DNA of 64,000 bases from an uncultured SAR86 cluster bacterium (GTDB lineage: Bacteria; Pseudomonadota; Gammaproteobacteria; Magnimaribacterales; D2472), in NCBI GenBank assembly GCA_902586925.1, contig CACIJE010000001.1, positions 5,720 to 69,719 of the forward strand, in the 5' to 3' direction. Below the pieces are notes generated by a model that searched no databases, was not told where the DNA came from, and saw only the letters and a program-made list of their open reading frames with translations. Shown one piece after another: positions 16,132-25,857 of the stretch (position 1 is its first letter; the number at the start of each line of letters is the position of its first letter). The position numbers and the translations under genes are program-made.

Positions 16132-18917
16132 GCGATCAAATAAATGTTGTAAGATCAGAGATCTTGCGACAAGTTAAACAAGGGCAACTTGTATCTTTAG
16201 ACCTTGTTGAAAAAACGATAGATATTTTTAATACAGCAGCTTCTTGGAACTTATCTAAAGAAGAGATTGAACATATTGCCTTTCAAATAGAAAGTACTAT
16301 GAATATTGGCATAGATAACCAAGCTGTCATTCTCGGAAATTCTGAAAATGGTGTAAAAAGATGGTTTGATGCCTCAAAGACAGAATTTAATTGGACTTAT
16401 TGGGAAGCATATGAGCGATTACTTCAAGAAAGTGGAAGATCTATAGAAGTGCTAAATGAAAACGAGAAGATTATTGATAGCATATTAGATCTGTCAGGAG
16501 ATCCAAGAATAGAAGAGCCATGGAAAAGAGCTGGTCTTGTTATGGGCAATGTTCAATCTGGGAAGACTCAAAATTATTTAGGGCTCATAAATAAGGCAAT
16601 GGATTGTGGTTATAAGATAATTATTATTTTAGGTGGGCATCAAAATGAACTCAGGAGGCAGACACAATTAAGGGTAGATGAAGGAGTCATTGGAAGAGAA
16701 TCAATTCATTTAGTTCAAGGTTATCAAGATATACCAATTGGAGTTGGAAGCTGGAGACCGGAAAGAGTAAGCACTATGACGACATCAGAGTCAGATTTTA
16801 ATAAACAAACTGCAAATAATCTGCGAATAGATCTGCGTGACTTGAAAGTACCAATTATATTTACAATTAAAAAACTAAAACCAATAATGAAGAATCTTTA
16901 TGAATGGATAGCAGATTTCCATGATCTAAAACCTGACAATGGAAGAAAATTAAACTTGCCAATGTTATTAATTGACGACGAAGCAGATTATGCCTCTATA
17001 AATACTTTAGCACACAGAGACGATATTACAGCTACAAATAAATATATAAGAATGTTAAGGAGTTTATTTAATAGATCAACTTACGTTGCTTATACTGCTA
17101 CACCTTTTGCGAATATTTTTATTGATCCTGACTCTAGCGATGAGATGATTAATGATGAAAATCTTTTTCCAAAAGATTTTATGATTAAAATTCCAGTTCC
17201 TGATAACTATCTTGGTCAAAATTTTTATTTTGAGAGTAGTGATGAAGGGGGAGTTAGAGATCCAATTGTTTTAATTGATGACAATGAAGAAATGCTTCCA
17301 CTGAAACATAATTCAAAAAGCGATGTTGGACCAATATCTGAAAGTTTAAAAGATGCCATCAGAGCATTTATTATTTCAGGTGCTATAAGAAATCTTAGAG
17401 GTGATGAGCACGAGCATAAAACGATGATAGTTAACATTACCGCTTTAAATATTCATCAAAAAGAGTTGACCTTTATGATTGAAAATTATTTAAAAGAATT
17501 AACTAATCAAATATCCTCTAATACTGGATTTCCAATTGAGCAAGCTATTAAAAATTCTACAATTAACACAATTAAGAATACCTTTGAAATGAGGTTTAAT
17601 GTTGAAGAGAGTTTTGCAGAGCTCTATAACCAACTTCATGCTGCTTCAGCTAAGATAAAGGTATTTGGTATTAATAATGAATCGGATCAGCTCCTAGACT
17701 ATTCCCCATATGACAAAGGATTGTCTGCAATTGTTATTGGAGGTCATAAGCTCTCAAGAGGATTAACTTTAGAGGGTCTAAATATTTCGTATTTTGCAAG
17801 AAATTCAAAAGCTTATGACACCCTTATGCAAATGTGTCGTTGGTTTGGGTATAGACCGAAATATGGTGATCTATGCAAAGTATATCTTCCTGTTGAATCT
17901 AATGAATGGTATTCCTTTATATCAGAAGCAATAAATGATCTATATAAGCAACTTGAAAGAATGAGCCTTCAAGGTAAAACACCATCTGATTTTGGTCTTA
18001 AGGTCAGAGCTCATCCAGGGGCGCTTCAAGTAACTGCAAATCATAAAAAAGAAACCGCCGAAGCTACTGTTTTGAAAATTGATCTATGGGGTAATAGGCA
18101 AAGAAGGTTCAGATTTTATAATGATAATGTTGTTAATGATCAAAACTTTAATACAGCTGAAAAATTTATAAATGAAATACAAGAACTAAATCCTGATAAT
18201 GTCACAAAAGATGATCGAACTCCAAGCATTGTGATAGACGATGTATCACATAAAGATATTATTAGTTTTCTAGAAAAAATGAAATTAAAAGAAGATGATC
18301 TGGGAGATATGCCCTTATTAAACCATATAGGTTTTATGGATAAAAATAAGATGCCAAACTTTAAAGTAGTAGTTTTTAATCAAAACAGTGGTAGAGATTT
18401 TTTATGGTCTAAACACGATAAACATAAAGAATTAGCTGATAGTAAAAAAATTAAATTTGCTGGTCATTCAATTAGTCTTGCAAATAGGACTGTTAAATCT
18501 GATGGTGAATTAATTTTCCCACCAAGAGCTGAACTTGGAAGTTCTGTTGATGAAAGCATAGGCTTATCAAATGAAACAATCAAAAAAATGAAAGAAGATT
18601 CCACTAAATCGCTTGGACATTTTGATTATATAAGAGCAGAAGAAAGAGATTATCCTATGCTGATTATTTATCTTTTTAATCTTGCAGTTGCAGAGCCTTA
18701 CGAAAAATTTACAGACAAGGATTATGAAAATATAGATGTCACTCTCCCTTTTGAAAAGCCAACTGTTGGATTATCAATTTCTTTCCCAATTTTAGAGAAT
18801 CAAAAAGATATGAACAAAAAGGATATTGGTAAAATTAATCGTGACTCTATGCAACTAGCTGAAACTAATAAGGTATTCAGACAAATGGAAATGTTTACTA
18901 CTCCGGAGGATTATTAA
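16119..18917 (+). CDS. Z1 domain protein with SF2-helicase-like N-terminus, MzaC-like
   Basis: GNVQSGKT, LIDDEAD, TATP, LSRGLTLEGL, MQMCRWFGYR. Confidence 0.92.
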   Translation: MEHLSDQINVVRSEILRQVKQGQLVSLDLVEKTIDIFNTAASWNLSKEEIEHIAFQIESTMNIGIDNQAVILGNSENGVKRWFDASKTEFNWTYWEAYERLLQESGRSIEVLNENEKIIDSILDLSGDPRIEEPWKRAGLVMGNVQSGKTQNYLGLINKAMDCGYKIIIILGGHQNELRRQTQLRVDEGVIGRESIHLVQGYQDIPIGVGSWRPERVSTMTTSESDFNKQTANNLRIDLRDLKVPIIFTIKKLKPIMKNLYEWIADFHDLKPDNGRKLNLPMLLIDDEADYASINTLAHRDDITATNKYIRMLRSLFNRSTYVAYTATPFANIFIDPDSSDEMINDENLFPKDFMIKIPVPDNYLGQNFYFESSDEGGVRDPIVLIDDNEEMLPLKHNSKSDVGPISESLKDAIRAFIISGAIRNLRGDEHEHKTMIVNITALNIHQKELTFMIENYLKELTNQISSNTGFPIEQAIKNSTINTIKNTFEMRFNVEESFAELYNQLHAASAKIKVFGINNESDQLLDYSPYDKGLSAIVIGGHKLSRGLTLEGLNISYFARNSKAYDTLMQMCRWFGYRPKYGDLCKVYLPVESNEWYSFISEAINDLYKQLERMSLQGKTPSDFGLKVRAHPGALQVTANHKKETAEATVLKIDLWGNRQRRFRFYNDNVVNDQNFNTAEKFINEIQELNPDNVTKDDRTPSIVIDDVSHKDIISFLEKMKLKEDDLGDMPLLNHIGFMDKNKMPNFKVVVFNQNSGRDFLWSKHDKHKELADSKKIKFAGHSISLANRTVKSDGELIFPPRAELGSSVDESIGLSNETIKKMKEDSTKSLGHFDYIRAEERDYPMLIIYLFNLAVAEPYEKFTDKDYENIDVTLPFEKPTVGLSISFPILENQKDMNKKDIGKINRDSMQLAETNKVFRQMEMFTTPEDY

Positions 18918-18919
18918 TA

Positions 18920-19891
18920 ATGAGCGATATGGAAAATGTTTTTCGAGATGATCCTTGGGAGGGAATTGATAATCCAAATGCCTCAAGAAGGCTTTATGAA
19001 AAAGATAAGCGGTTTTGGGTCAGTATTGACGGCGATGGAAGGCTTGAATTTATTATTATAGAAAATGGTAAATATGAAGTTAGAAACCTGCCAAGTCTGA
19101 GCAGTTTAGAAATATCTGTTGATCTTAATCATGATAATGAAACAAGATTAATTTGCACATTAACAGATGAGGATCTTAAAGATAAGTTTGCTATTATTGC
19201 AAAGGCTATTGCATATAAAAACACTAATCTAGCTGGGAATATTTTTTTAGATGCATGTAAAAATCAAATTATTTCTTGGGGTGAATTCTTAAAACCATCT
19301 CGAAAAGGTCTTACTCATGCTGAATGGATTGGCTATTGGGGTGAGCTCTACGTACTTCTATTCATGGTGCACCCAACTTATAGCTTTCATGATGCTGTAA
19401 AGTTTTGGATTGGCCCTTTAGACAAGAAACAGGATTTTGCTATGCATAATATTGCGCTTGAAATAAAGACATCTATGACAGGAGACTCTTCTCATATAAA
19501 AATTAGCTCACTTGATCAGCTACATAAAGTTTCTGACAAATTGTATTTGTTGCACTTGCATATAAGCAAAACTAATGATGAATCTGGATATTCTCTTCAA
19601 GATTTATATGATTTAGCCATAAGTAAATTTGATGATAATACAGAAACTCAACTTGGTTTTACTGATAAAACTAAAAAACTTCAAAGTAAGGCAAGCAAAG
19701 ATCAGTTAGAACAAAAATTTAATTTCGTTACTAATGAAATCTACAGCGTCCCTGATAATGCTCAAGATTTTCCTGCACTCACATCTATGAATGTTAATCA
19801 AGGTATTAGCTCAGTTAAATATTCGATAAATCCAGCCAGATTAACAAATTTTAACGTAAATGATTCCATTGAAGAAATAATAAAACAATAA
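18920..19891 (+). CDS. DUF4420 PD-(D/E)XK protein, MzaD-like
   Basis: GYWGEL, WIGP...QDF, LEIKTS, ISSLDQL. Confidence 0.88.
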   Translation: MSDMENVFRDDPWEGIDNPNASRRLYEKDKRFWVSIDGDGRLEFIIIENGKYEVRNLPSLSSLEISVDLNHDNETRLICTLTDEDLKDKFAIIAKAIAYKNTNLAGNIFLDACKNQIISWGEFLKPSRKGLTHAEWIGYWGELYVLLFMVHPTYSFHDAVKFWIGPLDKKQDFAMHNIALEIKTSMTGDSSHIKISSLDQLHKVSDKLYLLHLHISKTNDESGYSLQDLYDLAISKFDDNTETQLGFTDKTKKLQSKASKDQLEQKFNFVTNEIYSVPDNAQDFPALTSMNVNQGISSVKYSINPARLTNFNVNDSIEEIIKQ

Positions 19892-19906
19892 ACTTTAACT
19901 AATTCT

Positions 19907-22045
19907 ATGCCAAAAAAAGCTGAACAAAATCATCTTCAAGATTTCCTTACAGAACTTCTTAACTCACTTCAAATTGATGCAGAAGTGGCTAGCCCTTTTC
20001 AAGAGAGCAATTTTTTTGACTATGCATCTGAGCTTTTGTCTGATGCTGGTATCTATGACAATATTGAGCAAAATGACTTTCGAGATATTAATAGAGGTAT
20101 GAAAATTGATGGTTTTAATTGGAATCCCCTTGAAAGAACTTTATCAGGAATAATAGTAAATTTTTCAGGTGAATCTTCGCTGGGATCAATCAGTAAAAGT
20201 GATATAGAGAAACTTGGTCGTAAAACTGCAAAGTTTATATCCAATATTCAAAATGAATCTTTTAAAGATTCTTTGGCAGCAACTTCCAAAGGAAGAGAGT
20301 TAATTGAAAGTATGTCTATTTATCTTGAAGAAGTGAACAAATATAGAGTGATAATTTTGACAGATCTCGTTATGAGTAACAGGGTAAAGCTGAAAAAATT
20401 AAAAATAGCTGATATTAATGGCAAAGAGGCTTTCTTTGAAATATGGGATCTAGATAGAATTCATACTTTAGCTACAGCTGGTTCTGAGAGTGAGCCATTC
20501 TCAGTAGACTTTAAATCTCTTTGCGGTGGTCTAAAAGCACTACCAGCAAATGTTACTGCAAAAGGTATGAGTTCATATATGTGTGTTATGCCTGCAACAA
20601 CACTTAGAGAGCTTTATGATAATTTTGGGCAAAGGCTTTTAGAAAGTAATGTTCGTACTTTTCTGCAATTTAGAGGTAAGGTAAATAGAGGCATGAAGGA
20701 GACTTTACTTAAGAATCCTGAAAATTTCTTTGCTTATAATAATGGCTTAACAGTGACTGCAAGTGGAATAAAAACTGAGCAAAAATCTGGTCAAACTATC
20801 ATTACGGAACTTGATAATATGCAAATAGTCAATGGCGGACAAACAACGTCAGCTATATACTTTACGCCATTAGAGAAATCAACACAAAAAGAAATAGATT
20901 TTAAGAATATTGATTTATCAAAAGTTTTTGTTCAAATGAAACTTACTGTAATTGAAGATCCGGAGGAATCTGAGATTATCAAATCCAATGTAGCTCAATT
21001 TGCAAATACTCAAAACATTATACAAGCTGCTGATTTAGTATCAAATCATCCATTACACAGAAAGATAGAGGAACATTCTAGAAATCATTCCGTTCCCCCC
21101 GGTGATAATCAAATTGCTACAAAATGGTTTTATGAAAGAGCTAGAGGTCAATATGAAACTAAATTAAGAGCCCTATCGACTCCAAGTAAAAAGAAAAAGT
21201 TTGAAGTTGAGAATCCTAAATCACAAAAATTTAGTAAAACTGATATGGCTAAATATATTAATACTTGGCGAATGTCGCCATTTGAAGTAAAAAGAGGAGC
21301 TCAGAAAAATCTTGAATTATTAGGTGGTACTCTTAAAAAGGAGTGGGATAAGGATCCTGATAATTTTGGCATCGCATTTTATAAAGACCTTATTGCCAAA
21401 GCTATTCTATTTAAATCAGCCGACCATGCCATTCAGTATAAATCAGGTTGGTATAAATTAGAGCCTGGTTTTAAGGCGGAAACCACTACATATACTGTTA
21501 GCTTGCTAAGATTCTTATTACAAAAAGATGGCAAGGATATTAATTTAAATAGAATATATTTAAATCAAAAAATATCAGAATCTTTGACTAATGAGATTAT
21601 GAGTTTGGCAAAGGTTGTTAGAAATAAAATACTTGATCTTGAATTTAGAGATGGAGCTGCCAATCCCTCAGAATTCTGCAAATCAAAGAAAGGTTGGGAT
21701 AAATTTAAAGAACTAGATTATAGTTTAGAAATAATAGAACCAAGTGATTATTTAACTCAAGAACAGATTAGAGAGGTTAATCAAAAGAACAGAACTGAGA
21801 ATCAGATCAGTAATGATTTGAGTTTCTATGAACAAACAAAACAATTAAGCATGGAACAGTGGAAAGAAGTATACAACTTGCTACTCGATCACATACCTAA
21901 AACAAATAGTGATATGAGATCTTTAAGAAAATTTACATTTGAATCAGGAGGAATAACAAGCTCAATTCAATTAGAAGATTATGAAAAGGCTATGAAAATG
22001 TTAGACAAAGCAAGAGAAGAAGGCTATATAGTCACAAAAAAATAA
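19907..22045 (+). CDS. AIPR family protein, MzaE-like
   Basis: LLESNVRTFL, FFAYNNGLT, QIVNGGQTT, WFYERARGQY. Confidence 0.92.
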   Translation: MPKKAEQNHLQDFLTELLNSLQIDAEVASPFQESNFFDYASELLSDAGIYDNIEQNDFRDINRGMKIDGFNWNPLERTLSGIIVNFSGESSLGSISKSDIEKLGRKTAKFISNIQNESFKDSLAATSKGRELIESMSIYLEEVNKYRVIILTDLVMSNRVKLKKLKIADINGKEAFFEIWDLDRIHTLATAGSESEPFSVDFKSLCGGLKALPANVTAKGMSSYMCVMPATTLRELYDNFGQRLLESNVRTFLQFRGKVNRGMKETLLKNPENFFAYNNGLTVTASGIKTEQKSGQTIITELDNMQIVNGGQTTSAIYFTPLEKSTQKEIDFKNIDLSKVFVQMKLTVIEDPEESEIIKSNVAQFANTQNIIQAADLVSNHPLHRKIEEHSRNHSVPPGDNQIATKWFYERARGQYETKLRALSTPSKKKKFEVENPKSQKFSKTDMAKYINTWRMSPFEVKRGAQKNLELLGGTLKKEWDKDPDNFGIAFYKDLIAKAILFKSADHAIQYKSGWYKLEPGFKAETTTYTVSLLRFLLQKDGKDINLNRIYLNQKISESLTNEIMSLAKVVRNKILDLEFRDGAANPSEFCKSKKGWDKFKELDYSLEIIEPSDYLTQEQIREVNQKNRTENQISNDLSFYEQTKQLSMEQWKEVYNLLLDHIPKTNSDMRSLRKFTFESGGITSSIQLEDYEKAMKMLDKAREEGYIVTKK

Positions 22046-22057
22046 GAGATAAAAAAC

Positions 22058-22987
22058 TTATAAATACTTATTTATCTCTCTTGCTAAGGCACCAATCACT
22101 GGAACAGAAACAGCATTTCCAAATTGCTTGTAAGCCTCATTATCACTTTTATTGACTATAAACCAAGATGGAAAACCTTGTAATCTTTTTGCTTCCTCAG
22201 GAGTTAGCTTTCTAGGATTACTTTTATTAGTTTTTTCAATTAATATCTCAGCGCCATCTTTATAATAACGAGCAGAAAGTGTGTTTGTGTATTGATCAGT
22301 GCGTTTTTTGCTGCTGAAACCAAAACCCTTACCATTTGCTTTATTTCTTTCTTTTCTTGCTTGATGACTTGACCATAACCTATCTGAAATTGTATATTTA
22401 TTGGGCACTCTTCCTGGTTCTAAAATATCACTAACTTTGGTTATTATGTTAGTAGGTTTCGGATATTGAAAACTATTTTTCTTTAAAAATCCTATAATAT
22501 ATATTCTCTCGCGATTTTGAGGAATTCCAAAATCTTTTGAATTTAATATCTCAGGTTCTGGAACAAAATATCCCAGTTTAGCCCTCAGAACTTCCAAAAT
22601 TATTCTTAAAGTGTTTCCATCATTATGAGACCTAAGGCCTTTGACGTTTTCTAATAAAAAGGCTTTGGGTTTATGATAGGCTAGGATTTTTTCAATATCA
22701 TAAAATAAAGTTCCTCTCGTATCATTAAAACCCTTCCTTTTGCCTGCATTAGAGAATGCTTGGCAAGGAAAACCTGCTAACAAAAGGTCATGCTTAGGTA
22801 TAACAGAAAGATTAGAGCACGTAATTTTCTTTATGTCTCCAAAAGGTCTTTCTTTAAAATTAATCTCGTAGGTATCCTGGCATTTCGAATCTATTTCTGA
22901 TGAGAATACACAATGACCACCAAGCTCATCAAAAGGAATTCTTAAACCACCAATGCCAGCAAAGAGATCAATAAATTTAAATTTCAT
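22058..22987 (-). CDS. C5-cytosine DNA methyltransferase, Dcm/SsoII-like (likely CCNGG or CCWGG)
   Basis: DLFAGIGG, GFPCQ, ENV, QNRER; TRD GKGFGF...TLSARYYKDG. Confidence 0.93.
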   Translation of the reverse strand: MKFKFIDLFAGIGGLRIPFDELGGHCVFSSEIDSKCQDTYEINFKERPFGDIKKITCSNLSVIPKHDLLLAGFPCQAFSNAGKRKGFNDTRGTLFYDIEKILAYHKPKAFLLENVKGLRSHNDGNTLRIILEVLRAKLGYFVPEPEILNSKDFGIPQNRERIYIIGFLKKNSFQYPKPTNIITKVSDILEPGRVPNKYTISDRLWSSHQARKERNKANGKGFGFSSKKRTDQYTNTLSARYYKDGAEILIEKTNKSNPRKLTPEEAKRLQGFPSWFIVNKSDNEAYKQFGNAVSVPVIGALAREINKYL

Positions 22988-22992
22988 AAATT

Positions 22993-23553
22993 TTAGATGT
23001 CAGGTAAAAATTGTTTGACTTCAAGTAGGGAAAAATCAGTTGAGAGTCTTGCATTAAAAATAGTTCTGCTTGAAGACTGAAGTTTGATAAATGACAAGTA
23101 ACTAATTCCTGGTAGTGGTAATTCACGAAGAAATTTATAGCCCAAATCATCAGACTTACCATAAATCCTTGGAGGAGCTATTTGCTCCTGTTCATTGAAA
23201 GAAAACCATATGATTTCATTTTGATCATTTATCTTTGATAGCCGTTTGTCAAAGAGTTCAGATAGCTCATTCTTTCTTCGGTATTGTTGTTTTGGATATT
23301 TATATTCTAATTTTAGCTCTTGCATAAATTCAAAAAGCTCAGTTCTTTTAAAAAAACATTTTATTCTGAATGGCCTAGGACCAAAAAAATTTCTAGTCTT
23401 ATCAGATTCATTTCCAACATATAGCTTTGCCTCTCCATTACCTTTATTTAGTTTTTGAGGAATAGAGACGAAACTGTCAGGCAAGGATATTCTTTTTATT
23501 GAATTTAATTGTTGGTACACGGTACCCTCTAATTCATAGAATATCTTTTCCAT
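22993..23553 (-). CDS. hypothetical protein, possibly a restriction endonuclease fragment
   Basis: Sits between two MTases and overlaps the upstream one; no catalytic motif recognised. Confidence 0.55.
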   Translation of the reverse strand: MEKIFYELEGTVYQQLNSIKRISLPDSFVSIPQKLNKGNGEAKLYVGNESDKTRNFFGPRPFRIKCFFKRTELFEFMQELKLEYKYPKQQYRRKNELSELFDKRLSKINDQNEIIWFSFNEQEQIAPPRIYGKSDDLGYKFLRELPLPGISYLSFIKLQSSSRTIFNARLSTDFSLLEVKQFLPDI

Positions 23554-24748
23554 ACTTAGTTATGTCTATTTTTTTTAATAATGCGATTAGAATATCAACC
23601 ACAATACTGTTACCTGCTTGTCTGTATAGTTGGGTATTACTTACAACAATTTTAAAATCATCCCTAAAACCCATTAATCTTAAGCATTCTCTTGGAGTAA
23701 GTTTTCTTATTCTTCCAGTATGAGTGACATAGTTATCAACTCCTGCTCTATGCATTTTATGCATTGATTGAAGTAATGGTCTAGCTATCTTTAAATCTGT
23801 ATCGGTTCTTGTCTTAAAATTCTTAGTTCCTTCTGAAAGAACATATGATGAAACTTTATCAGATAGATAATATTTCTCATCAACTTCGTTGATTTCGAAT
23901 AAGTGTTCGTCAAACTTTAATTTTTTCTTTGATTTTTCAAAAACAAAATCACCATGCCAATTAAATTGCTGATTTGCTTTTTGACACAATGCTACATCTC
24001 CATTTATTTGAGTATAGCTTTTTTTTTGATTTTTTAATGATGTTACAAATTTAACTCCCTTTTCTTTAAGGAAATAGTCTGAATCAGCATAATCCTCAAG
24101 ATAATCTTGCATAGTTGATTCAAGCGGGATGGGATCAGGAAAGTTAAATTTTTTCATTTTTTTTCTGAAACCAACAACAAAAATTCTGCTTCGATTCTGA
24201 GGAACTCCATAATCTTTGCTGTTTAGTACTTTATGAAAAATAGAGTAGCCTAATTCATCAAAAATCTTTTGCATTATCAACCATGTATGACCTTTATCAT
24301 GTGATAGTAATCCCTTAACATTTTCAAAAATAAAGATTTTTGGTTTTGACTCGTCAACAACTCTTGCAAAGTCATAAAATAACGTACCTCTAGCATCTTC
24401 TAATCCACCTCTTCTTCCAACCATTGAAAAAGACTGACAAGGAGAGCCTCCAACTAAAAGATCTACTTTATACTTATATTTTTTTGCTGAAAAATTTGTA
24501 ATGTCATCATGCCAATTCTTTGAATCTATTTTATAATTTGCAACGTAACTCTCTTTGACACTTGGATCAATATCACCCGCAAAAACAATTTGATGTTTAA
24601 GTTTTAATCTTTTAAAAGCTTGCTCAATTGCGCCAATTCCAGTAAAAAGAGTTGCAAGACGTATCTCTTTTTTTGGAAATTTAAATTTAAGATTTCTCCA
24701 ATCCTCTAAAGTATTTTCAAGGGAAATTTCTGCCTGTGGCATTCTCAT
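23534..24748 (-). CDS. C5-cytosine DNA methyltransferase with duplicated variable region
   Basis: LFTGIGA, GSPCQ, ENV, QNRSR, RKLTPRECLRLMGF, QAGNS. Confidence 0.92.
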   Translation of the reverse strand: MRMPQAEISLENTLEDWRNLKFKFPKKEIRLATLFTGIGAIEQAFKRLKLKHQIVFAGDIDPSVKESYVANYKIDSKNWHDDITNFSAKKYKYKVDLLVGGSPCQSFSMVGRRGGLEDARGTLFYDFARVVDESKPKIFIFENVKGLLSHDKGHTWLIMQKIFDELGYSIFHKVLNSKDYGVPQNRSRIFVVGFRKKMKKFNFPDPIPLESTMQDYLEDYADSDYFLKEKGVKFVTSLKNQKKSYTQINGDVALCQKANQQFNWHGDFVFEKSKKKLKFDEHLFEINEVDEKYYLSDKVSSYVLSEGTKNFKTRTDTDLKIARPLLQSMHKMHRAGVDNYVTHTGRIRKLTPRECLRLMGFRDDFKIVVSNTQLYRQAGNSIVVDILIALLKKIDITKYGKDIL

Positions 24749-24810
24749 ACTTTATTTTGTTCGTATTCTCTTAATCCTTTATGATAATTCATGGTTTCTG
24801 AATAAAAGTT

Positions 24811-25278
24811 TCATATCATTTTTTTATCGAAAGACCAAAGCTCGATTTGTATAGGTGTCCTGGCGGCTACTCTTGTTTCATCATATACATTTGTCTTCTG
24901 CCAGTTTAATAATATTCCTTGTTTAATTGACTTAAGTTCTTTGTAGGAATTTAAAGGAATTGATTTTAAATATTGTCTCAATTGAGATCTGTGTCTATCA
25001 GATAATTTTGTATCATATTTACATTCTATTATGAGAGGCTCTTTTAAATCGAAGGATTTATTTTTTTGCTTTGGAATCAAGAAATCTAACTCTCTTAATG
25101 CCAACATTTGATTTTTATAAAAGGTTTCTATGTTAGTTTCTCTAAGATAATCTATCTTCTCCCTCCGAAACTCAAAAGCGAGTCCTCTTTGATATAAATC
25201 TTCATCAAATCCGTCTCCAAGCTCTCTATATACTATATTTGAAAGTCTCTCTAAAGTTTTAATAAAATCTTTATGCAT
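24811..25278 (-). CDS. GxxExxY protein (PD-(D/E)XK superfamily)
   Basis: GFDEDLY motif, LDF...IIECK, QLRQYL, GILLN. Confidence 0.85.
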   Translation of the reverse strand: MHKDFIKTLERLSNIVYRELGDGFDEDLYQRGLAFEFRREKIDYLRETNIETFYKNQMLALRELDFLIPKQKNKSFDLKEPLIIECKYDTKLSDRHRSQLRQYLKSIPLNSYKELKSIKQGILLNWQKTNVYDETRVAARTPIQIELWSFDKKMI

Positions 25279-25365
25279 GTTTACTTAAAGTTTGTTTACA
25301 AATGAATTATAAAGATTATTTTCATTTTGTAACATATTAATATATACGTTTATAGGTATTGAATT

Positions 25366-25794
25366 TCATAAGTTATTTATATTCTCTGAAATTAAAAATT
25401 TTTTTAATAAATTGAATATATTTTCCCTTGTTTTTACAAATACATTTTTTAATTGAACATCATTTAATGCATCATTATCAGGATCTTCATTTGGCCAATG
25501 AAAAACTTTGGTCGCATTAGGGACTGCGGGGCAAACTTCTTCAGCACATAAGGTTATTACATAGTTTAAGTTATTAAGAAAATCGCTCTCTAAAGCATCA
25601 ATAGACTTTGTTTTACTATTTGAGATATCTATTCCTATCTCATCTAAACACGAAATAGCATGTGGATGAACTTTATCAGAAGGATTAGAGCCAGCACTAA
25701 CAATTTCAAATGATTTGGGTAGCATGTCCTTTGCTAATCCCTCGGCAATTTGACTTCTTGCAGAATTTCCAACACATAAAAAAAGTATATTCAT
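25366..25794 (-). CDS. arsC: arsenate reductase / LMW-PTP family
   Basis: CVGNSARSQ P-loop, ITLC...VCP, HW...DP. Confidence 0.85.
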   Translation of the reverse strand: MNILFLCVGNSARSQIAEGLAKDMLPKSFEIVSAGSNPSDKVHPHAISCLDEIGIDISNSKTKSIDALESDFLNNLNYVITLCAEEVCPAVPNATKVFHWPNEDPDNDALNDVQLKNVFVKTRENIFNLLKKFLISENINNL

Positions 25795-25857
25795 TGATCA
25801 AAATTGTAGATTTTTAAATATAAGGTTATCTTATATCCTTTATAAATAATTTTAAAA

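Noticed and set aside
22977-23162. 61-aa ORF as a frameshifted tail of the 186-aa gene
   Set aside because: It lies almost entirely within that gene in another frame and has no motif.
1-25365. Prophage or integrative element call for the island
   Set aside because: No integrase, transposase, structural genes, tRNA or att repeats seen; the left boundary is outside the window.
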